Shown: in pieces, positions 8,471-15,958 of the stretch
Layout of the letters: each line of letters begins with the position of its first letter
Position numbering within the stretch: the first letter of the stretch is position 1
Notes under the pieces: generated by a model
Seen by the model: only the letters and a program-made list of their open reading frames with translations
Database searches by the model: none
What the model was told of the DNA's origin: nothing
Translations under genes and position numbers: made by a program
IMG/VR virus record: IMGVR_UViG_3300008255_000012
Span: 1-59,629 of that record
DNA length: 59,629 bases
Direction: 5' to 3' (one strand)
From: a virus
Lineage: Duplodnaviria; Caudoviricetes

Positions 8471-10182
8471 TAGTTTGCCATCCAATGTGAAGAGTTATTA
8501 TTTTCGATTTTAACAGGTTTTTGTTTTGCTGGCGCTTTTGCTCTCATTGCCTGAGCAATCATGTAGCTCATCACTTGATCATCAAATGCCCCGTTCATTG
8601 CATTCGGCCTTCCGCGCTCGTCCCGAACAAAAGTATAAAACTCGTTCAGTGTGCCAGTCCATCGAATGCCAGATTTATTAGCTTTAAATGTGTCGTCCAT
8701 ATCACTGATTAAAATCTCTTTGCTTACTGCGCTAGTATGCCAGCCTATTCGCTGAGTTTCATCGTCGGCATTCTCGCGGTCCATGTATTCCTCGCGATAG
8801 ATGAGCCCAAGAGGGTATATATCTCTCAGCTTGGCTAGGGTTGCATGGCCGTGGTTGTTTCGCTCTACGCCGACAAACGACATGTTATACCAGCGACCAA
8901 GATAAGCGATTAGCTCGCCAAACTCACTTGGGCTAACTTTGCCATACCAGTGCGCTATCTGTCTGCCGGTATGCTTCTCAAGTATATCGAGTGATGATCT
9001 GTCTCCCTTTTCGAGCCCTTCCGATACGTCAGCACCGATCACATACTCCATATCTGGCTCAGGCATTTCCCAAACCAGCAAAAAATTCATTACAGCTTTG
9101 CTTGTCTTGTCTGTATAAGCACGTTGAAGCAGTGAAGTATCGACCTTGCGGTTTGCTACCTTCCTTTGCCCGGTCTTTGGGTTTATGTCATAGATGAGGA
9201 TTGGCGCGATCACTTTGCCTTTTGATGCGTTGAGCTCGTCAGTGCTAAATACTTTGCGGCCCGATGTTAGGAAGGCTTCTTCTGGTGTGCTCGGGAACTC
9301 CTGCTTCATCTGCCCTTTCTGCTGGCGCTCTTTGGCGATGTACCATGCTTTGCGTTCTTCTGGTATTAGTCTGCCAAGGTAAACCTCAAGCCCTTCGAAA
9401 TACTTTGTTTGCGTTGGGTTAAGTCTAAGCCCGCCCTCAGGCACTGGCATTACATAGCTTGGCTCATCCCACCACGGGAAGAAGAAGAACTTAAAATCAA
9501 TCTCAGTGAGTGGTAGCCCTGCGTTTTGGAGCTCTTGCGCTTCTAAGCACATATCATAGTAATGGCCTGCCGCGCCTTCTGCTGTCGACTCGATGAATGC
9601 AATGTTGCCAGGATGAACGGCGTTAAGTGTTCCGTCGATAACCTCTTGGGCCTTGTCCTTGCGAGTCGCGCATATCTTAGCGAACTCGGAAACGTGGAGT
9701 ATGTTTACTGTTCCAGAGCGGAAGCCAGTTGAGACAGTGATCTTCGAACCGTTGCAGAAAAGCACTTCAGTGGTGTTCTTCATTACAGTTGGTATAGCCT
9801 CGAGAACCCAGCGCGGCAAATTCTCGTAAGGGTACATAATTTTAGTGCGGAAAATCTCCCTAGCTTTTTCTAGGTCCTGAGCCACGACACCGCAGTTTAA
9901 GTTTTCATTAAACAGCGCCGAGTCGAGAATGAAGATTTGAACGGCCGTACTAAACCCAAGCTGGCGAGCTTTTAATATAATGTTGAAAAACCACATGTTT
10001 TCAAACAACATTCGCTGTGCTGCATTCAGCTTGAACTTAACTCGCTGGCCGTTCTTGTCGGTAATCCAATACAGGTTATTCAGTCGCCACCATTGATCTG
10101 ACAAAGCCCGCTTGATGTAGTCAGCTTGCTCATCTGCGCTCATAGCAAGAATTTGTTCGTCGTCTAGATACTCAAGCGGCAT
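8470..10182 (-). CDS. terL: Terminase large subunit
   Basis: ILKARQLGFST Walker A, LHVSE Walker B, ESTAEG, GADVSEG, VERNNHG, DDQVMS nuclease motifs. Confidence 0.95.
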   Translation of the reverse strand: MPLEYLDDEQILAMSADEQADYIKRALSDQWWRLNNLYWITDKNGQRVKFKLNAAQRMLFENMWFFNIILKARQLGFSTAVQIFILDSALFNENLNCGVVAQDLEKAREIFRTKIMYPYENLPRWVLEAIPTVMKNTTEVLFCNGSKITVSTGFRSGTVNILHVSEFAKICATRKDKAQEVIDGTLNAVHPGNIAFIESTAEGAAGHYYDMCLEAQELQNAGLPLTEIDFKFFFFPWWDEPSYVMPVPEGGLRLNPTQTKYFEGLEVYLGRLIPEERKAWYIAKERQQKGQMKQEFPSTPEEAFLTSGRKVFSTDELNASKGKVIAPILIYDINPKTGQRKVANRKVDTSLLQRAYTDKTSKAVMNFLLVWEMPEPDMEYVIGADVSEGLEKGDRSSLDILEKHTGRQIAHWYGKVSPSEFGELIAYLGRWYNMSFVGVERNNHGHATLAKLRDIYPLGLIYREEYMDRENADDETQRIGWHTSAVSKEILISDMDDTFKANKSGIRWTGTLNEFYTFVRDERGRPNAMNGAFDDQVMSYMIAQAMRAKAPAKQKPVKIENNNSSHWMAN

Positions 10183-10187
10183 AACTG

Positions 10188-10517
10188 TTAGCTCTCCACT
10201 ATTTCAGTGGTCATCGCTTCAACCAGATTTTGCATTTCTGCGATAGTTTCATTACTCACGCTGCCCGCATGTTCGCGTTCGTTAACTGCGCTAACCATTA
10301 GTTCAACACATGCCTGCGCAATATCACTGGCATTATCTAACATGGCCTGCATGCAATCTCGGCAGTGAAACACCTTTCCTCGATAGATTCCGCCACACGT
10401 TAAAGTCTTGCCTTCGCTGATTGGTTCCTTATAGCCACAAGGTATTTGCTTTAGCTGCTCTTCACCTTGGGCGCCAAGCTGATTTAAAAGTTGTATTGCT
10501 GCGTTGTTCTGTGTCAT
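10188..10517 (-). CDS. Hypothetical protein with Cys cluster
   Basis: ORF with AGGA SD; C..CGG..HCRDC. Confidence 0.55.
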   Translation of the reverse strand: MTQNNAAIQLLNQLGAQGEEQLKQIPCGYKEPISEGKTLTCGGIYRGKVFHCRDCMQAMLDNASDIAQACVELMVSAVNEREHAGSVSNETIAEMQNLVEAMTTEIVES

Positions 10518-10577
10518 TTCTGCGTATCCTATTCAGTATCTATGCAATTTGGTAAAGCGTAGTGCGCGTTTAGTATC

Positions 10578-10614
10578 AAAAATGTCGGGGTTATATAAGA
10601 AATAACCCCGCGAC
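10578..10614 (-). terminator. Probable intrinsic terminator between terS and terL regions
   Basis: GTCGcGGGGTTAT/ATAACCCCGAC stem followed by ATTTTT on minus strand. Confidence 0.5.
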
Positions 10615-10641
10615 TTTGAATAATGTATGAATAATTATGCG

Positions 10642-11019
10642 CTAGTAAGGCTCCAATATCTCGCCGATGCGATTGAACTTGTCTGCTTGCTTCATCTTCG
10701 GGTCGGCAATCATATTCTTAACAGTCATTATTGCACTGTGTAACTCGCTTAATTGACCTTCAAGATGTGCCGTATCGCGTTGCTGTGCTTCTGCTTTATG
10801 TTCTGCGGCGGCAGTTGGGTTAAGCAAAGAAACTGATAACACCATAACATCATCAATGCTATTGGCATTTCCATTAGCCACAGCATTGCGACTAACATCA
10901 ATAACCAATTGCTTAAACTCGTCAGCGGTGTTTATTTCAGATTCAGTGCTGTAGAAAACAGATGCTTTCCTTAAAGCTCCCGCTCTAAGCGCCTCGTAAA
11001 AAATTGCATATGCCTTCAT
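10642..11019 (-). CDS. Hypothetical protein
   Basis: 125-aa ORF, GAGG SD, adjacent to terS stop. Confidence 0.6.
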   Translation of the reverse strand: MKAYAIFYEALRAGALRKASVFYSTESEINTADEFKQLVIDVSRNAVANGNANSIDDVMVLSVSLLNPTAAAEHKAEAQQRDTAHLEGQLSELHSAIMTVKNMIADPKMKQADKFNRIGEILEPY

Positions 11020-11021
11020 TT

Positions 11022-11828
11022 CTAATCTTCCTCTCTGTGTTTTACGAACGACGGGAGTTTATCCCGTATGGTTTGAATTTCCTTAATAATATCTGCTGCT
11101 GTTCCTGCGCCGCCAGTTTTCCCCAAGTCATTAACTCGGGCTCTTGCAAGTGTTCCTTCTGCGCTAAACTTCTTAGTCTGCGCTACTACTGCTTTAATCT
11201 GCGCCTTAGTCTTAACGACGTTTGCGCGCTCTTTAACTATCAACACTGATGTGAGTTCAATGCGCTTTATCGTCATAGCAATTGATTCGATACGAGACAG
11301 GCACCAAGACAATGCCTTGTCGCTAGTCTTTACCCGCTCTTCTAAATGTCCCGCTGTTTCTAAGTCGCCTTTCTCCATGGCTTCTTGCATCTTGGCATGT
11401 AGGCCTGATATGTAATCTAGCGACTGCAATGCCTTAGCTCTGAACAGATTCAAGTCGTCGGTTAGCGTCCCTTTTGCCGCAAGGTCTAATAGGTCAGGGT
11501 CGAAGTATTTACTGTAAATGCCATGGCCTGTTGTTTCGTCACTTTTCTTTGGTAAGTATTCTTCATGGCTTCTATTGTTGTTTCTCCGCGCCTTCGTGCC
11601 ATCTGGCATGATCTTCCTTTGATCTTCGCGTGATCTCTCAATGATCACGGGTAATACCTTAGGCATTTTCACTCTTGCGGTGTTATACGAAAGGTCGCTT
11701 CGCATTGCGCAAAAGCCTTTGATTGTTAAGTCTTTCTTTGACTCTTTGAGGGCTAGATATTCCTCGCAAATCACCTCCCAATCAATAGCGTTTTTATTGG
11801 TGGATTTTGGAGTTTTTTTAGCAGTCAT
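11022..11828 (-). CDS. terS: Terminase small subunit
   Basis: N-terminal DW..HTH-like segment, GHGIYSKYF motif, coiled coil; upstream of terL. Confidence 0.7.
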   Translation of the reverse strand: MTAKKTPKSTNKNAIDWEVICEEYLALKESKKDLTIKGFCAMRSDLSYNTARVKMPKVLPVIIERSREDQRKIMPDGTKARRNNNRSHEEYLPKKSDETTGHGIYSKYFDPDLLDLAAKGTLTDDLNLFRAKALQSLDYISGLHAKMQEAMEKGDLETAGHLEERVKTSDKALSWCLSRIESIAMTIKRIELTSVLIVKERANVVKTKAQIKAVVAQTKKFSAEGTLARARVNDLGKTGGAGTAADIIKEIQTIRDKLPSFVKHREED

Positions 11829-11854
11829 GATCACCTCTGTATATCAATGTGATC

Positions 11855-11883
11855 AGTATATAGAAAGGATTGTTTTGTATCTA
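11855..11883 (-). promoter_or_regulatory. Putative terS/late promoter
   Basis: TAGATA-N17-TATACT, with 19-bp motif at 11889-11907 just upstream. Confidence 0.45.
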
Positions 11884-11918
11884 GTTTGTAGGGGATTAAT
11901 AAGGTATGGCTGTATAGC

Positions 11919-11942
11919 AAAAGCCCTCAGGCGAGGGCTTTT
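11919..11942. terminator. Bidirectional intrinsic terminator after tRNA
   Basis: AAAAGCCCTC-AGGC-GAGGGCTTTT. Confidence 0.8.
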
Positions 11943-11957
11943 ATCTTTAATGCTAAG

Positions 11958-12034
11958 TGGTGGCCCCTCACGGACTTGAACCGTGGGCCTAACGATTATG
12001 AGTCGTGTGCTCTAACCAACTGAGCTAAGGGGCC
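11958..12034 (-). tRNA. tRNA-Ile2 (CAT anticodon, lysidine type, reads AUA)
   Basis: GGCCCCTTAGCTCAGTTGGTTAGAGC..CTCATAA..GGTTCAAGTCC..GGGGCCACCA; acceptor stem and D arm as in E. coli ileX; encoded CCA. Confidence 0.9.
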
Positions 12035-12043
12035 TTAATATAC

Positions 12044-12162
12044 TGTGATTGCAGGTACTGAACTCCTGCATATAATCCGCTACAAGTCTCAACAGTGCAG
12101 ATTATCGTCATAATTGGTTCTCGGGCTTGTCTAACGTCGTATCAGCCTACGCATTAATCACA
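12044..12162 (-). ncRNA. Candidate cloverleaf-like structured RNA with loop-loop pairing
   Basis: Closing stem TGTGATT/AATCACA; hairpins CGTA-GGCTGA-TACG, ATAATCTGC/GCGGATTAT, TGCAGG-AGTTCAGTA-CCTGCA. Confidence 0.6.
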
Positions 12163-12297
12163 TTGGTCAAGATGACTTGCGAATCAAGTTCTACCGTTCA
12201 CGTTTCGCTTCTTCTATATTGGCTTTGCCTCAAGATTACTCTGGCTAATTCGCACGCTGCATTAATTCTCAAAATCTAACAATCATCTTGCCAATGT
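12160..12297 (-). ncRNA. Candidate long-stem RNA with large internal loops
   Basis: ACATTGG-CAAGATGA / TCATCTTG-A-CCAATGT closing stem; inner TGCGAATTAG/TTGATTCGCA stem; no annotated ORF. Confidence 0.5.
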
Positions 12298-12385
12298 AAT
12301 CACCGCATGTGCGGTCACTTATCAATACAGATGTGCAAAATTGTGGATTAATTGCACTAGCTTTATAACTTTGGTCAGCGAGTTA

Positions 12386-12413
12386 ATAGTACAAGTTTAG
12401 ATTAATTTTGCAA
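12386..12413 (-). promoter_or_regulatory. Promoter for ncRNA/tRNA cluster
   Basis: TTGCAA-N16-TACTAT. Confidence 0.55.
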
Positions 12414-12551
12414 TCCTAATTGCGCTGCTTCTGTTTGTTTATTTAACTGCTTTTTGGCTTGTTCATATTCTTGCATTGACACAGAGCCACTTACAGGGCA
12501 GTGCATTAACGGGCGGGTTACTGGTGCCGAGCTTTGGTTTTTAGCTTTCAT
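12402..12551 (-). CDS. Hypothetical 49-aa protein (MKAKNQSS...)
   Basis: ORF with ACAACAGAGAG leader. Confidence 0.5.
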   Translation of the reverse strand: MKAKNQSSAPVTRPLMHCPVSGSVSMQEYEQAKKQLNKQTEAAQLGLQN

Positions 12552-12580
12552 TTTGGCTTTCTCTCTGTTGTCAGATTTAT

Positions 12581-13081
12581 TTATCTTTGTCCTTGCTGCA
12601 TCATGATCGCTGCAATGCTTTGACTTATGTCACCACGAGTATCATAAGCAGCAACTCTAAGCGACTCTGTAATAGCTTGATTGAACACTATTGCAGCCAT
12701 GCCTACGGCTATCTTTTCCTGTCTTGCCATCGCTGAATTTTCAATATTTGCCTTATCGCCGTCACCGATGATACAACGTGATAGGAACTCGGGTGATTTG
12801 AATATTTCCTGTAGATTATCGCCAAGAACAATATTAAGTTGCTCCCACACCAATAGTCTAAAAGGGCTTACCTTGGCCTGAATGCTTTGCTTTTCATGGC
12901 TTCCATAGCTCGCTTTTTCTTTTACCGCAAAGAAGTCTGCTGTGCCAGATTCAAAGTAAGCACTAATTTCATTTTCAACCAGCTCTTGCACTTTTTCATC
13001 TGGTATCAAGTTGAACATAGATACCTTAACTTGCTCAGATATCTTTGCTTGTACGTCTTGCATATTCATTAATTGAGTCAT
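12581..13081 (-). CDS. Hypothetical protein
   Basis: Start MTQLMN after AACAACAGAGAG leader. Confidence 0.65.
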   Translation of the reverse strand: MTQLMNMQDVQAKISEQVKVSMFNLIPDEKVQELVENEISAYFESGTADFFAVKEKASYGSHEKQSIQAKVSPFRLLVWEQLNIVLGDNLQEIFKSPEFLSRCIIGDGDKANIENSAMARQEKIAVGMAAIVFNQAITESLRVAAYDTRGDISQSIAAIMMQQGQR

Positions 13082-13098
13082 TTTAAATCTCTCTGTTG

Positions 13099-13473
13099 TT
13101 AAATTGATGATGCCACTATCTGTGAATGGCCTTCTAGGTTTGCACACTCAGCACACGCATTGCAGTTCTCACAATCAACACAGCTATTGCACTGTATGCA
13201 CCCGCTACAATCCCTGCAGTTCTCACATGAATTGCAGTTAGAGCAGTCGCTACAATCAACACTGTCTTTGCAGTAAGAGCAGCCGCGGCAGTTGCAGCAG
13301 TTATAACAGTTATCGCAGCCGCGGCATTCTACGCAATTCCAGCACCCGGTATTGGAGTCGTTCATGCTGGCATATTCAGGGAACCGAGAAGCAAAGGCCG
13401 CATCCACGCCGTTAACGCTTTTATCCTGGCGCCGCTTAAACTCTTTCAGGCTCTTAAATACTTGTGTTGACAT
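13099..13473 (-). CDS. Cys-rich CxxCxxC repeat protein (probable beta-helix)
   Basis: More than 20 Cys at 3-residue spacing. Confidence 0.7.
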   Translation of the reverse strand: MSTQVFKSLKEFKRRQDKSVNGVDAAFASRFPEYASMNDSNTGCWNCVECRGCDNCYNCCNCRGCSYCKDSVDCSDCSNCNSCENCRDCSGCIQCNSCVDCENCNACAECANLEGHSQIVASSI

Positions 13474-13537
13474 AGCTGTACCCGTTTCTATGTGGTTAGT
13501 TGTCTTGCCAGTTTTGATTGGTGAAACGTAGTTCGCG

Positions 13538-13960
13538 TTATTCCTGCTGCTTTCGAAGTTTTCGCTCTTCGTTCCGAATCATCCAGTCCATCATTGCTTC
13601 TAGCTTGCTTAGTGGCTCTTCAATATCAGACAAAGAAACAACCATGCCATCATCGGCATCGGCCACATCTATCAACTTAGAAGATATAACTGACGAAAGT
13701 GCCTCGGCCGCTTCACGAAACTTTTTAGTGTTAACTATCTCGTCATTCGAAGGGCGCTCGATGAGATAAAAATCATCTTGGTTAGTCGTCTGCAAATAAC
13801 AGTAGCCATGATCGATCACGGCTTGGCGAATGTTTTCAATTTCTGAACGCTGGCGCAACGCTTGCTCTTTCCAAAATTTAACCTGTTCTTCTAGTTGAAG
13901 TCGGTAAAGTAGATCTTCCATATCAGAGCGTGATGGTATTGAGATATTTACGTGCGACAT
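13538..13960 (-). CDS. Hypothetical protein
   Basis: AAGGAG SD, 140 aa. Confidence 0.6.
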   Translation of the reverse strand: MSHVNISIPSRSDMEDLLYRLQLEEQVKFWKEQALRQRSEIENIRQAVIDHGYCYLQTTNQDDFYLIERPSNDEIVNTKKFREAAEALSSVISSKLIDVADADDGMVVSLSDIEEPLSKLEAMMDWMIRNEERKLRKQQE

Positions 13961-13963
13961 TAA

Positions 13964-14302
13964 TTACTCCTTGTTTAATTCTTTTATTATTTCTGCTCTG
14001 CCTTCTAAAAACGCATCCCCTCCGCGCCTTAAATCATTAGCGGCTTCTTTGATTGCATTTCTTATAAGCTCTACCTTTGCTTTATCATTATCGTGATTAA
14101 GACCAAGCCTATTGGCTAGGGCTAATAGGTATAGATAACCTGTATCAGGCATTTCAGCCAACAGAGCCTCATCAAACAGGCGCTGCTTAGCAGCAAGATT
14201 TACCTTTGCTTTGTATCTATCGCACGAAGATATAAGTAATTGCCGTACAAATATCGCTGTTACTGCCATTGAAAATATAAAAAATAATATGCTTTCCATC
14301 AT
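13964..14302 (-). CDS. Hypothetical protein with N-terminal TM helix
   Basis: ILFFIFSMAVTAIFV; AAGGAG SD. Confidence 0.6.
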   Translation of the reverse strand: MMESILFFIFSMAVTAIFVRQLLISSCDRYKAKVNLAAKQRLFDEALLAEMPDTGYLYLLALANRLGLNHDNDKAKVELIRNAIKEAANDLRRGGDAFLEGRAEIIKELNKE

Positions 14303-14409
14303 TTACTCCTTATCTTACTTGTTGTCATAGCTTCACCTTTCTATGCTGTTTGCTTTTTGTCTTTACCGAAGATTCTTTCGAATGCTTCCTGTTCTTTTTG
14401 TGTCACGGT

Positions 14410-14796
14410 TTATTCCTCCACCTGCAAATAGGATAATGACTTACCTATCTGTGTTATCGCAGAATGAATGCGGCCTTTTTCGCTTCTAAGCTTGGCGATG
14501 TGCTTCTTTAGGCTTCTGGCGCTATTGCAGTGCCTACAGCCGAAATTGGATAAAACCTCATCATAAGAATAGTGGCAGTCATTATTGTTATTCATGTGCT
14601 CACTTGCGTAGTAAGCGTGATTTAAACAATAAAGACCTGTCTGTACAAGATAGCTAAAGTCCTCATTGGAATTAGGATCCTTAAACTCTCCGCCAGTACA
14701 GTAGCTAAGTTCGACAGCCATTTGATCTTTGTTGGTTTTAATCTCTGCAGATATCTGCGCGTGGCGTATCGCAAGAGTTTCAAGTTTGCTAGCCAT
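14410..14796 (-). CDS. Hypothetical protein (Cys/His, CRHC)
   Basis: 128-aa ORF, AAGGA SD. Confidence 0.6.
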   Translation of the reverse strand: MASKLETLAIRHAQISAEIKTNKDQMAVELSYCTGGEFKDPNSNEDFSYLVQTGLYCLNHAYYASEHMNNNNDCHYSYDEVLSNFGCRHCNSARSLKKHIAKLRSEKGRIHSAITQIGKSLSYLQVEE

Positions 14797-14798
14797 GG

Positions 14799-15092
14799 CT
14801 ATTCCTTATCTGGCTTAGAGGTTTCTAGCACTTCTTCATCGGCGTTTATTGAAAATACTATGCTTTCTGAAGCGCATGGGCTTTGGAAGTCCTTAGTCCG
14901 ATCAACCTCGATGAATTCTCCAATCTTATGTTTAGTTACTATCCATGCATGATAGGTATCACGATCAAGCGATGCCATCATTTTACATTTATCAATAGCC
15001 TCACTTTCACTGATTGAAATACCAACTATCTCCTTCCAGTAAACGCCTTGCTGCCTAACTATATAAATAAATGCTCCATAATTTTCACTCAT
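14799..15092 (-). CDS. Hypothetical protein
   Basis: Likely start MSENYG after AAGGT. Confidence 0.55.
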   Translation of the reverse strand: MSENYGAFIYIVRQQGVYWKEIVGISISESEAIDKCKMMASLDRDTYHAWIVTKHKIGEFIEVDRTKDFQSPCASESIVFSINADEEVLETSKPDKE

Positions 15093-15306
15093 ACCTTTTC
15101 CTAATTTTGTATGTGTTGCTCGGAAGTACAAAGCAACTTGCGCTTAAGGAACAGGCCGCAAGCACTATGGATCTGGCCTGATTCATTCTTTCTTTATTGA
15201 CTTGCGTTCTGCGCGGTGGATTTGCATTAAGCCTAAGCCACCGCTCGTAGTTATGCCTGTCGGCGGCGTCGCGCTTACTGCTCAATTTTCTGAGCCCATA
15301 AATCAT
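15085..15306 (-). CDS. Hypothetical basic protein
   Basis: Fills gap between neighbours; start uncertain. Confidence 0.4.
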   Translation of the reverse strand: MIYGLRKLSSKRDAADRHNYERWLRLNANPPRRTQVNKERMNQARSIVLAACSLSASCFVLPSNTYKIRKRYE

Positions 15307-15880
15307 AAATAGCTTCTAGCGTCGGCTTGTCCACAAGAAACTCCTTGTTAGCAGCATCAACAGCCTTTTGCTTTTCGGTGCGAGTGTCGATCACTTTAAC
15401 CATTCCGCCCATGCATATTGATAATGGTATGTTCCCGTCAATAGGGACGTGTTCAACCATTTCGCCAACAACTGATTCTTTTTCAAACACATATCCAATA
15501 CATTTACATACCTGGCTACTATCGTCCAAATACAGGCTACCAACTGGCGGCAACTCGCTATTGTCGGCCATGGCCTGTGTGAACACTGGCTTTTCGTCAA
15601 TGGATATCGCTGGTTTATCTGCATTTGATAGTGGGCCAAAATAAGGGCGCCAGCCATCAAGACTATGGTAGATAACTCCTAAAAACCCGCATTCTTTATC
15701 GTTGTCATTGCGCCAAAGTAAATCTACGATTTCTAGCTCGTCGTGATGCCCTTCATTAACTGAAATGGCACCTCCAAACGACAGCACTATTCTGTCTGAA
15801 AGACCATTAGTTAAAACATCACCCTGTATTGCGGTCCAACCTTGTGACCTTAGTTCAGCTACTTTCATAATTTTACTCAC
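15275..15880 (-). CDS. Modular hypothetical protein, paralog of 31884..32585
   Basis: FTQAMADN.ELPPVGS and DTRT..KA.D boxes shared; start may be ATG 15868. Confidence 0.7.
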   Translation of the reverse strand: MSKIMKVAELRSQGWTAIQGDVLTNGLSDRIVLSFGGAISVNEGHHDELEIVDLLWRNDNDKECGFLGVIYHSLDGWRPYFGPLSNADKPAISIDEKPVFTQAMADNSELPPVGSLYLDDSSQVCKCIGYVFEKESVVGEMVEHVPIDGNIPLSICMGGMVKVIDTRTEKQKAVDAANKEFLVDKPTLEAIYDLWAQKIEQ

Positions 15881-15896
15881 TCTGTTGTTTTTTCTT

Positions 15897-15938
15897 TAGC
15901 AATTGCTAGCATTTGGTAGCAATTGCTATGCTTTGCTA
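15897..15938. promoter_or_regulatory. 10-bp-period operator-like array
   Basis: TAGCAATTGC TAGCATTTGG TAGCAATTGC TATGCTTTGC TA; two perfect TAGCAATTGCTA palindromes. Confidence 0.6.
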
Positions 15939-15958
15939 TTCAGTTAATCCTGTAATTT

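Noticed and set aside
11958-12034. tRNA-Met call from the CAT anticodon
   Set aside because: Acceptor stem GGCCCCT and overall sequence match the Ile2 type better
12110-12158. Twister ribozyme (UAAUGC...ACAAGCCCG resemblance)
   Set aside because: P4 pairing and pseudoknot partners could not be formed
15355-15583. Diversity-generating retroelement TR/VR pair
   Set aside because: No reverse transcriptase; both copies are coding and the middle segments are not alignable
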